In this document: positions 28,309 to 36,649 of the stretch, piece by piece
Position numbering within the stretch: position 1 is the stretch's first letter
How the letters are laid out: every line of letters begins with the position of its first letter
Assembly: GCA_041741535.1 (NCBI GenBank)
Contig: JBGSJV010000027.1
Span: 12,837-76,836, forward strand
Length of the DNA: 64,000 nt
Direction: 5' to 3'
Source of the DNA: Pirellulaceae bacterium
GTDB lineage: Bacteria > Planctomycetota > Planctomycetia > Pirellulales > Pirellulaceae
The notes under the pieces: generated by a model
Database searches by the model: none
Told to the model about the DNA's origin: nothing
What the model saw: the letters and a program-made list of their open reading frames with translations, nothing else
Position numbers and translations under genes: made by a program

Positions 28309-29046
28309 TTTTTACTCCTCCAAACTCTCACCGCGTGAGGGTAACGCCCATTAGACTCTAACTGTCCCATAAACAAACAGTATATAAGCGCCGGAAGCGT
28401 CCCCAAAATTTTAAAAGCATAAAAAATGGTCTCCCTCCGTGCGATAATCGCACGGTCGGAAGTATCAGGTTTTTTGACAACGGTTGACGCCGTTGAGGAG
28501 ACCACCGCGAAAGATCTTAGCTTGTTTGGTTCTTTGGGGCAAGCTTCGGGTAATGAATCCGTTGAAATGTTTCTCATATTGATAAGCAACTATATCCGTT
28601 CGCTCATCTGCTACTACCTTCGGAAGTTACGGAGTCGCGACGAATTGTCGAAGTACGTGGAAATGTTTTGGCCTCAACGGTACTTCTGGTCGGAGCTTGC
28701 AGGTCGACCTTTTCCGATTCGGTGCTGGCGGTATATGTGGCAAGTGCCTGTGCGTTGGCGGTGCTACTGGTACGGAGCTGACAATTACGAAAGGCGACAA
28801 ATAGAACCGTACAAAGAGCCTGAAGAGCCACGAGAAAAAGATAACACCGAATAAACTACGCTTTTGCACTTGTTCTTTGGATCCGTCCCCCATTAATGGA
28901 CGCAGGCTTGGTTTCTGGGTATCATCTGCGTTGGTAAGCATTGGTCTATTGCCACAGTTATATGGCACTGTGGTGGGACGAGCAGGGATTTTGTACTTTC
29001 AGAATAGCTTTACAGGGCCGACGTAAGTCGATACGGAAATCAGGGA

Positions 29047-31617
29047 ATGGCACAGGAACTTCTGGGCAAGCACGCCGCGTCTGCCGCTTCAACCAGCAAA
29101 CGAGCCGATCGGCTGACGCTGCCTCGGCTGGAACGCAAACTGTTCGAGGCCTGCGATATTCTCCGCGGCAATATGGATGCCTCGGAGTACAAAGAGTTTA
29201 TCTTCGGCATGTTGTTCCTCAAGCGACTGAGCGATCAATTCACGGCCGATCGCGAAAAACTGATTGCCGAATACCATAGCAAAGGACTCAAGCAAGCTCT
29301 GATCGAGAAGCAACTCGACAATCCCGACAAGTACGACTTCTTCGTACCGCTCCAAGCCCGCTGGAGTGCCCAGGACGAAAAGGGCCGCAACATCGGGATC
29401 GCCCACCTCAAAACGGCCGTTGGCTCCGGACTCAACAAGGCCCTGGCGGCGATCGAAGATGCCAATCCCAACACGCTGCAAGACGTGCTCAAAGGGATCA
29501 ACTTCAATCGCAAGGTCGGCCAGCGGTCGATGGACGATGATACCTTGGTGGCATTCATCCAGCACTTCAACGACATCTCCCTCTCCAACGACGACTTCGA
29601 GTTCCCCGATCTGCTAGGGGCGGCCTACGAATACCTGATCAAGTACTTCGCCGACAGTGCCGGAAAAAAAGGGGGCGAGTTTTACACTCCGGCCGAAGTG
29701 GTCCGGATGATGGTCCAGTTGATCGGGCCCAAAGAAGGCATGAGCATCTACGACCCGTGTGCCGGTTCGGCGGGGATGCTGATTCAGGCCAAGCAGTTCG
29801 TCCAAGAAACGGGCGGTGATTCTCGCAATCTGGAACTCGCGGGGCAAGAACTCAACGGCGGCACGTGGGCGATCTGCAAGATGAACCTGCTGCTGCACGG
29901 CGTTCGCAGTGCCGATGTTCGCCAAGGTTGCACACTGAAAGAACCCCAGCACTTGGACAAAAACGGCGAAATCCGCCGCTTCGACCGGGTGATCGCCAAT
30001 CCGCCCGTCTCGCAGAACTACGTTCGCAGCGGGATGCAGTTCGCCGAACGCTTCCACACCTTCATGCCCGAGAGCGGCAAGAAGGCTGACCTGATGTTCG
30101 TGCAGCACATGGTCGCCTCGCTCAAGAGCGATGGACGCATGGCCGTGGTCATGCCGCACGGCGTCCTGTTCCGTGGTGGCGAAGAAAAGGCTTGCCGTCA
30201 GAAGTTCATCAAGGACGGCAATCTGGAAGCGGTCATCGGCTTGCCTGCCGGCCTGTTCTACGGCACGGGCATTCCGGCCTGCGTGCTGGTTATCAACAAG
30301 AACGAATCGGCCAAGCGCAAGAGCGTGTTGTTCATCAACGCCGACCGGGAATACAAGGAAGGCAAGAACCAGAATTCGCTGCGGCCCGAAGACATCGAGA
30401 AGATCACCCACGTCTATCAAAAACGGCTCAGCGTGCCGAAATACTCCCGTGAAGTTCCGGTCGAGGAACTGGAGCGGGAGGAATTCAATCTCAACATCCG
30501 CCGCTACGTCGATAACAGCCCGCCCCCGGAACCACACGATGTTCGGGCACATCTGCACGGCGGCATTCCGGTCAGCGAAATCACCCTGCTGACTTCCTAC
30601 TTCGACAACTACGCCGGACTGCGGTTGCTGTTGTTCAAAGATCGGGACGCCAAATACAGCGACTTCGCAACTGGCGTCGGCTCGAAGGAGAACATCAAAA
30701 CGCGAGTCGAATCGGCACCAGGCCTTCAAGCCAAACATGCTGAGTTCCATAAGTCGCTCGATGCGTGGTGGACCGGCAATGTCAAACGCCTCGAAAAACT
30801 CCCCGAGACACAAAACGTCTTTGAGTTTCGTCGGCAGTGCATCGATGGGTTGTCGAAGGCATTGGTGCCGCACAACCTGCTCGATGTGTATCAGGCTCGT
30901 GGTGCCGTGGCTGCTTACATCAAGTCGCTGGATAGCGATCTCAAGTCGATAGCGGCCAGTGGTTGGGGGCCGGAACTGATCCCCGACGACGAAATCCTCC
31001 AGTCCCAATTCCCCGAAGTGCTGGAGCAGATCGAGCAAGAGACGGCTCGCATCGCCGAACTCGAAGGGTTGTTTGCCGCCGTCAGTGGTGGCGACGAAGA
31101 AGAGGGCGAAGTCGAGGTCGATGCCGAGAACGGCGTGCTGCCCAAGTCGTTGGTCAAATCGCTCAAGGAAGAAAAGAAGAACCTGGGGGGCGAAATCAAA
31201 GAGGCCAAGAAGCGGGCCAAGAACGAAGGGCGAAGTGGCGTACCTGCCGAAGTTGTTGGCTGGGAGAAACGGATCGAAGAAATCGACGCTCAACTCGCCC
31301 GGCATGTGGCCTTGGATGACGAACTCAAGACGATCAAGACCCACATTCGGGAAGTGGAGAAGCAGAGGGACACCCTTATCGCCTCTGCCCGTGCCAAGAT
31401 CACCGAGACCGAGGCGAAGAAGCTGATCCTGGCCCGGTTCAAGCGGCTATTGACCGAGCAATTCGACGGCTACCTGCGACAGTACCAGCGAGCGTTCATT
31501 ACCGCCGTCGAGAACCTGTGGTCCAAGTACGCCGTGACCACGAAACAGATTCTCGCCGAGCGGGATCGGGAAGCGGCCCAACTCAACGCATTTTTTAAGG
31601 AGTTGGGGTATGAGTGA
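29047..31617 (+). CDS. hsdM: Type I restriction-modification methyltransferase subunit M with a ~330-aa C-terminal coiled-coil extension
   Basis: The N-terminus [36 protein letters not shown] is typical of HsdM. AdoMet motif [12 protein letters not shown]; catalytic VIANPPV. The C-terminal part is charged and coiled-coil-like. Confidence 0.9.
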   Translation: MAQELLGKHAASAASTSKRADRLTLPRLERKLFEACDILRGNMDASEYKEFIFGMLFLKRLSDQFTADREKLIAEYHSKGLKQALIEKQLDNPDKYDFFVPLQARWSAQDEKGRNIGIAHLKTAVGSGLNKALAAIEDANPNTLQDVLKGINFNRKVGQRSMDDDTLVAFIQHFNDISLSNDDFEFPDLLGAAYEYLIKYFADSAGKKGGEFYTPAEVVRMMVQLIGPKEGMSIYDPCAGSAGMLIQAKQFVQETGGDSRNLELAGQELNGGTWAICKMNLLLHGVRSADVRQGCTLKEPQHLDKNGEIRRFDRVIANPPVSQNYVRSGMQFAERFHTFMPESGKKADLMFVQHMVASLKSDGRMAVVMPHGVLFRGGEEKACRQKFIKDGNLEAVIGLPAGLFYGTGIPACVLVINKNESAKRKSVLFINADREYKEGKNQNSLRPEDIEKITHVYQKRLSVPKYSREVPVEELEREEFNLNIRRYVDNSPPPEPHDVRAHLHGGIPVSEITLLTSYFDNYAGLRLLLFKDRDAKYSDFATGVGSKENIKTRVESAPGLQAKHAEFHKSLDAWWTGNVKRLEKLPETQNVFEFRRQCIDGLSKALVPHNLLDVYQARGAVAAYIKSLDSDLKSIAASGWGPELIPDDEILQSQFPEVLEQIEQETARIAELEGLFAAVSGGDEEEGEVEVDAENGVLPKSLVKSLKEEKKNLGGEIKEAKKRAKNEGRSGVPAEVVGWEKRIEEIDAQLARHVALDDELKTIKTHIREVEKQRDTLIASARAKITETEAKKLILARFKRLLTEQFDGYLRQYQRAFITAVENLWSKYAVTTKQILAERDREAAQLNAFFKELGYE

Positions 31618-32986
31618 AGTTCTCACCGGTGCGTCAAATCGCTTTCCGGCTGACTGGAGTACCTTTTCTGTCGGTGAAGCTTTCGAGATGCAATTGGGCA
31701 AGATGTTGAGCAAAGCGTTCAAGATTGGAAAAACGCCGAAGCCGTATCTCGCAAACAAGAATGTCCAATGGGACCGAGTTGACCTCAGCAGTTTGGAGAC
31801 AATGGACTTCACTGAAGCTGAGCGAGAAAAGTTCTCATTGTTGCCGGGTGATCTTCTTGTCTGTGAAGGTGGCGAGATTGGTCGCACTGCGATGTGGCAC
31901 GGCGAAATGACGAATTGCTACTTCCAAAAGGCGATACATCGGCTTCGACCACGAACCAACGACGTACTACCCGAGTACATGCTTCGCTACATGCGATTGG
32001 CAGCTACGAACGGGTGGCTCGTCGATTTTATGTCGCAGTCGAGCATTGCTCATCTCACCCGTGAACAATTTGCACGAGTTCCAATCGGTATCCCCCGGCC
32101 ACCCCAGCAACGCAAGATCGCTCGGATTCTGACGACGGTAGACAACCTGATCGAGAAGACCGAGGCCCTGATTGCCAAGTATCAGGCGATCAAGCAGGGG
32201 ATGATGCACGACCTGTTCACACGTGGCGTGGACGAACACGGCCACCTGCGGCCCCCATACGAAGAAGCCCCCGAACTTTACAAACAGTCCGAGTTGGGTT
32301 GGATTCCGAAGGAGTGGGAGGTTTGTCGTGTCGATGAAGTCGGTTCGGTTAAGCTCGGTCGGCAGAGATCACCAAAACACCAGTCGGGAAGGTTCACCAC
32401 ACCTTACCTCCGAGTCGCCAACGTATTTGATGGGTTCATTGACTACTCCGACGTGCTTGAAATGGACTTCACGCCAAGGGAAAAGGAAACCTATTCGTTA
32501 CTGCCCGGCGACATTCTTCTGAATGAAGGACAAAGCCTGGAACTCGTGGGGCGATCCGCTATCTACGAAGGCGAACCGCATCGCTTTTGTTTTCAGAACA
32601 CGTTGATCCGGTTTCGTCCGTACACACCGCATGACGTCCGTTTCTGCCGTGGTATTTTCAAATACTACATCGACATCGGCCGATTCATGACAATCGCACG
32701 CCAAACGACCTCAGTTGCTCATCTTGGTGCAGATCGGCTGGCAAAACTGGCCTTCCCTTGTCCACATTCTGATGAACAGCATCGGATAGCCAACGCTCTA
32801 CTCCAACACGAGAAGCGATGCGACCTTGATCAAGCTTACATGAACAATCTGTTGCAAACAAAAACCGGCCTCATGCAGGACCTGCTTACCGGCAAGGTCC
32901 GGGTGAAGGTGGACGAAGAGGAGGATGACGGTAAAGCGGCGGATGCGAAAGGACAGATTGAAGATGTCTCAACAAAGGTTAGTTAG
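31610..32986 (+). CDS. hsdS: Type I R-M specificity subunit S (two target-recognition domains)
   Basis: The start overlaps the hsdM stop (ATGAGTGA). Two TRD halves are each followed by a conserved helix ([37 protein letters not shown]; ...[17 protein letters not shown]). Confidence 0.9.
   Translation: MSEVLTGASNRFPADWSTFSVGEAFEMQLGKMLSKAFKIGKTPKPYLANKNVQWDRVDLSSLETMDFTEAEREKFSLLPGDLLVCEGGEIGRTAMWHGEMTNCYFQKAIHRLRPRTNDVLPEYMLRYMRLAATNGWLVDFMSQSSIAHLTREQFARVPIGIPRPPQQRKIARILTTVDNLIEKTEALIAKYQAIKQGMMHDLFTRGVDEHGHLRPPYEEAPELYKQSELGWIPKEWEVCRVDEVGSVKLGRQRSPKHQSGRFTTPYLRVANVFDGFIDYSDVLEMDFTPREKETYSLLPGDILLNEGQSLELVGRSAIYEGEPHRFCFQNTLIRFRPYTPHDVRFCRGIFKYYIDIGRFMTIARQTTSVAHLGADRLAKLAFPCPHSDEQHRIANALLQHEKRCDLDQAYMNNLLQTKTGLMQDLLTGKVRVKVDEEEDDGKAADAKGQIEDVSTKVS
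32861..32930 (+). repeat. hsdS 3' conserved segment, copy 1 of a ~70-bp direct repeat (copy 2 at 33835-33904)
   Basis: Hand alignment gives 60/70 identical nucleotides. Both copies encode [18 protein letters not shown]. Confidence 0.8.
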
Positions 32987-33104
32987 TGAGTGCTGCCGCA
33001 CGAGCGCACACTGTGTGCTTTGCCGCTGGTTTTTCTGTGGCTGCGAAGAGTTCGGCTGGAGGCACCACTTGCGTGGTGCTAAGTACAGCCCGTTTCTGTA
33101 TTTA

Positions 33105-33788
33105 ATGAGTTGCCTGTTTTGGGTTCTTCGCCGCCTCTCGTTGGTGGAATATCTCAAACCCTGCCTACGGCAGTGGATTTGGCATTCGAAACAAACACCC
33201 GCCACCTTCACCGACCTCTACATTTTCGCTTGGTTCGCTGTGGCGATTTCGGCTGCATGGTGGCACAACGAGCCTCCGAACTGGCTCTACACGGCTTGGG
33301 CGTTGTTTATGGTAGTGCAAATCGTGCAAACGACCTTTTACCACAACCTATGGCGAAAAGTGATCGGAAAGAATCGCTTGGTTTACAGCCACGGACGGAA
33401 CCTGCTCATTGGACTCCTGAACTATTTTGAAATCACTTGGCTCTTTGGCGTGCTTTACTGGTGGAATCGTCATGCCGGTTTCGACAGTTGCCTTAAAAGC
33501 GTATGGCAGGCGATTTACTTTTCATTCGTCACTGGTGCCACAATCGGTTACGGAGATATCACGCCTTCGAAGAGTGATCTCGGTTTCGTTCATGCATTGG
33601 TGGTGGTTCAATCGCTTGTTTCAATCACTATGCTAACGATTATAATCGGCCATGCGATCGGAGCCTTAGGGAGCCTCGATGACACGACTTCGGCGAAAGA
33701 GAAGCGACGACAAAAGGAACAAGAGCAGGATGAATTCGCGAAAGCGATCGCCGATAAGATTCGTCCGGGAGATCATCCAGATGTCTGA
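33105..33788 (+). CDS. Potassium-channel-like membrane protein (Ion_trans_2 type pore)
   Basis: Selectivity-filter signature FVTGATIGYGDITP, flanked by pore and inner helices, with additional TM helices upstream. The start is uncertain (ATG 33105, ATG 32964 or the track start at 32925, which overlaps hsdS). Confidence 0.7.
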   Translation: MSCLFWVLRRLSLVEYLKPCLRQWIWHSKQTPATFTDLYIFAWFAVAISAAWWHNEPPNWLYTAWALFMVVQIVQTTFYHNLWRKVIGKNRLVYSHGRNLLIGLLNYFEITWLFGVLYWWNRHAGFDSCLKSVWQAIYFSFVTGATIGYGDITPSKSDLGFVHALVVVQSLVSITMLTIIIGHAIGALGSLDDTTSAKEKRRQKEQEQDEFAKAIADKIRPGDHPDV

Positions 33789-33918
33789 ATACTCCTTGCT
33801 TAATAAGCCGTTTCACACTATTTGTGCCAAGGACAAAACCGGCCTCATGCAAGACCTTCTCACCGGCAAGGTGCGTGTGAAGACGGACGAAGACGAGGAG
33901 GTCGCCGCCCATGCCTAA
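33781..33918 (+). pseudogene. 45-codon chimeric relic: hsdR-like 5' end (MSEYSLLNKPF) joined to an hsdS 3' end ([27 protein letters not shown])
   Basis: The first 11 codons resemble the intact hsdR start VSEYSFVEKPF at 36650. The last ~28 codons duplicate the hsdS C-terminus. Its stop overlaps ATG 33911 of the next gene, as a genuine hsdS stop would. Confidence 0.6.
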
Positions 33919-34783
33919 ACTCCAGCAACGTCCCTTCTCGATCACGATCTTCGTGCCGGATGGCGATCCCGACAGCCTGCGATTGGTGGAGAAGTCCAAC
34001 TGGACAGGCATCGGTGTCGTCTTCAATCGCACGAACTACAAACAGGTCGTGATCCAAGAGGAGTTCAACAAGACCGGCGTCTACGTGCTGGTCGGTTCGT
34101 CCGAAGGGAGTGGCCTGCCGACGATCTACATCGGCGAAGGTGATCCGGTCAAAGATCGATTGAACCAGCATTACAGCAAGAAGGATTTCTGGGATTGGGC
34201 CGTGTTCTTCGTGACGAAGGACAACAGCCTGAACAAGGCTCACGTCCAGCATCTTGAAGCTCGTTTGCTGGAACTGGCCCACGCCGCCAAGCAATGCAAG
34301 TTGGATAATACGCAGAAACCTCTGGCACCGACGCTCTCCAAGTCGCAAACCGCCGACGTGGAGAGTTTCCTGCTCGACGTGCTGAGCATCTTCCCGCTCT
34401 TGGGCTTGAGCGTCTTCGAAAAAACGGAGACATCGGCCCGACAAAGTGAAATGCTGTTTATCAACGCGAAGGGAATCAAGGCAACCGGTTACGAAGACCC
34501 CAAAGGATTCGTCGTCCTCAAGGGCTCGCAGGCCGTAAAAGAGGAGACCAATACCATTCCAACCTACGTAACGACCTTGCGTAAAGACTTGATCGGACAA
34601 GGGGTCCTGGTTGACGACGGATCGGTATGGAAGTTTATGCAGGATCAAGTGTTTACGTCTCCATCAAGTGCGGCGGCAGTCGTTCAAGGGCGATCATCCA
34701 ATGGACGAGATGACTGGAAGAACAAGGATGGAAAAACACTGAAGCAGATACAGGAATCCACCGCAATGGAGGTCAAAGAATGA
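33911..34783 (+). CDS. GIY-YIG nuclease family protein with C-terminal DUF4357-like domain
   Basis: GVYVLVG...TIYIGEGDPVKDRLNQH...HLEARLLELA (GIY-YIG). C-terminal FVVLKGSQA...FTSPSSAAAVVQGRSSNGRDDWK (DUF4357 pattern). Confidence 0.8.
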   Translation: MPKLQQRPFSITIFVPDGDPDSLRLVEKSNWTGIGVVFNRTNYKQVVIQEEFNKTGVYVLVGSSEGSGLPTIYIGEGDPVKDRLNQHYSKKDFWDWAVFFVTKDNSLNKAHVQHLEARLLELAHAAKQCKLDNTQKPLAPTLSKSQTADVESFLLDVLSIFPLLGLSVFEKTETSARQSEMLFINAKGIKATGYEDPKGFVVLKGSQAVKEETNTIPTYVTTLRKDLIGQGVLVDDGSVWKFMQDQVFTSPSSAAAVVQGRSSNGRDDWKNKDGKTLKQIQESTAMEVKE

Positions 34784-36471
34784 CGCTTCTTGACCTAGAG
34801 AAAATGTTGACCGAGTTCATGTTGCTCCCCGCTGAAACAGAGTGGATTGAGTTCAAAGAAGCAAAGGCGAACATCGACTTTGATGAACTGGGGCGGTACT
34901 TTTCAGCGCTAAGCAATGAAGCAAACTTAAAATCACAGACCTCTGGTTGGTTGGTATTGGGCATCTCTAACAAACCTCCACGGCAGATTGTCGGTTCGAA
35001 TTACCGACTTCAAGCTCCTGGTTTGGACAAACTAAAGGGCGAGATCGCGAAGCATACGAACCATCAAAGCACTTTTCAGGATATTCATGTTGTTAACCAT
35101 GCTGAGGGAAGAGTTGTTCTGTTTCAAATCCCACCAGCTCCTCGTGGTATTCCAACGGAGTGGAACGGGAAAGTTTATGGCAGACATGGTGAATCGATCA
35201 GCACACTTAGCTTGCAAGAGATTGACCAAATACGACAACAGGTTGTACGGGAAGATTGGTCAGCTCAAATCTGTATCGGCGCTTCGGAAATCGATCTTGA
35301 TCCCAAGGCATTGGCGTTTGTTCGCCAGGAATACAAAACGAAGAATCCAGGATTGGCTGCCGAGGTCGATTCCTGGAGCGATGTAACGCTTCTCAACAAG
35401 GCCAAGCTCACTATCGACGGAAAAATCACTCGTGCAGCGATCATCCTTCTCGGTAAACCCGAATCCGATCACCACCTACCAAACTGCCACCCGCAGCTAA
35501 CGTGGATCCTTAAGGACAAAGATGGGTTTGAACGTGACTACAAGCACTTTTCGCCCCCCTTGTTATTGGCCGTCGATGCTCTATTGACCAACGTACGAAA
35601 CCTAACCTGCCGAGTACTGCCCTGGGGGACTCTATTCCCTGTTGAGGTTTTGCAATACGATTTCTGGGTTCTTAGAGAGGCACTTCACAACGCAATCGCG
35701 CATCAAGACTATTCGATCAGTGGTCGTATCAATGTTGTCGAATTTGAAGATCGATTAGTGATTGCGAACCACGGCTCTTTTCTGCCTGGCGATGTCGAGT
35801 CCGTCATTCGTCGCGATGCTCCGATGAGCATCTATCGCAATGGCTTTTTGGCTCAGGCGATGGTGAATCTGGGGATGATCGATACGATTGGCAGTGGGAT
35901 CAAACGCATTTTTCTCACACAGAAGAAGCGGTCGTTCCCGATGCCTGATTATGATCTCTCGAATGCAATTGAGGTCAAGGTGGTCGTTAGGAACTCGGTA
36001 CTCGACGAAAAGTATACGAAAATGTTGCTTGCTAGAACCGAACTTGGCTTGTGGGACGTCATCGCTTTGGACAAGGTTCAAAAAGGGTTGAAGCTGAGTG
36101 ATGCGGAGTTTAAGTCATTGAAGCGGCAGAGGCTAGTCGAAGGCAGGAGGACTAACCTATTCGTATCAGCCGAGGTTGCGAAAGCGACCGATACTGTCGA
36201 AGACTATTTGGTCAAGAGAGGGATCGACCGGGACTATTGCAAAAAAATGGTTTGCGATCTTTTGAAACAAAAGGGAGAGGCTCGGCGAGAGGATATTGAC
36301 AATCTATTACGAAAAAAGTTGTCAGATGCTCTTTCCGAAGATCAAAAATCGAACTTTATTCGGAACCTGATCCAGGAGATGAAAAAGGAAGGGTTGGTCG
36401 TCCGCATCGGTTCGAGTACCGGGAAAAACGCGGGCTGGCAATTGTCTAGAAGCCCAGAAAATCAGGAGTAA
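34780..36471 (+). CDS. AlbA_2 (Schlafen-like divergent AAA) + HATPase_c_4 + winged-helix protein
   Basis: ETEWIEFKEAK, ALSNEANL...GWLVLGIS, YGRHGESISTLSLQEI (AlbA_2). REALHNAIAHQDYSISGRINVVEFEDRLVIANHGSF (HATPase_c_4). The ATG overlaps the upstream TGA (ATGA). Confidence 0.8.
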   Translation: MTLLDLEKMLTEFMLLPAETEWIEFKEAKANIDFDELGRYFSALSNEANLKSQTSGWLVLGISNKPPRQIVGSNYRLQAPGLDKLKGEIAKHTNHQSTFQDIHVVNHAEGRVVLFQIPPAPRGIPTEWNGKVYGRHGESISTLSLQEIDQIRQQVVREDWSAQICIGASEIDLDPKALAFVRQEYKTKNPGLAAEVDSWSDVTLLNKAKLTIDGKITRAAIILLGKPESDHHLPNCHPQLTWILKDKDGFERDYKHFSPPLLLAVDALLTNVRNLTCRVLPWGTLFPVEVLQYDFWVLREALHNAIAHQDYSISGRINVVEFEDRLVIANHGSFLPGDVESVIRRDAPMSIYRNGFLAQAMVNLGMIDTIGSGIKRIFLTQKKRSFPMPDYDLSNAIEVKVVVRNSVLDEKYTKMLLARTELGLWDVIALDKVQKGLKLSDAEFKSLKRQRLVEGRRTNLFVSAEVAKATDTVEDYLVKRGIDRDYCKKMVCDLLKQKGEARREDIDNLLRKKLSDALSEDQKSNFIRNLIQEMKKEGLVVRIGSSTGKNAGWQLSRSPENQE

Positions 36472-36480
36472 AAACGGTGC

Positions 36481-36578
36481 ATTTAGACAATCCAAGAAAT
36501 CCGGAGCTAAGTAAACCCTTGGCTGGCAAGAGTTTGCGATTGTCTAGTTTTTTGCAAATCGCCTTGTATTTAGACAAT
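36481..36578. repeat. Three copies of a TAGACAAT-core motif upstream of hsdR
   Basis: atttagacaat at 36481-36491 and 36568-36578 (direct). attgtctag at 36539-47 is the inverted copy. Confidence 0.7.
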
Positions 36579-36649
36579 GGATTTATCCTGAGCCGACGCC
36601 GATTCTACTCCCAAATGTGGCATTTCTTGGCAGGAAGGGAGTCGTAGAG

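Noticed and set aside
28426-28854. 142-aa plus-strand ORF (and overlapping minus-strand ORFs 28239-28589, 28604-28831, 28627-28968) in the AT-rich spacer
   Set aside because: There is no RBS and no motif. The composition is odd (Trp/Arg/Tyr-rich tail), and the mutually overlapping frames suggest chance ORFs. Coding cannot be excluded without expression data.
29614-31344. 576-aa ORF on the minus strand
   Set aside because: It lies entirely antisense to hsdM, whose protein has unmistakable methyltransferase motifs. The antisense translation is low-complexity (rich in R, G, A and L) with no recognisable motif. This is a typical artefact of GC3-rich coding DNA.
32925-33104. N-terminal extension of the K+ channel ORF (Cys-rich [23 protein letters not shown])
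   Set aside because: It would overlap hsdS by up to 62 nt. The DNA here contains palindromes and hairpins (gcacac-t-gtgtgc; gcaccac-ttgc-gtggtgc) more consistent with non-coding sequence. It is kept as an alternative start only.
33860-34648. 262-aa minus-strand ORF
   Set aside because: It is antisense to the GIY-YIG/DUF4357 gene, and its translation has no recognisable features.
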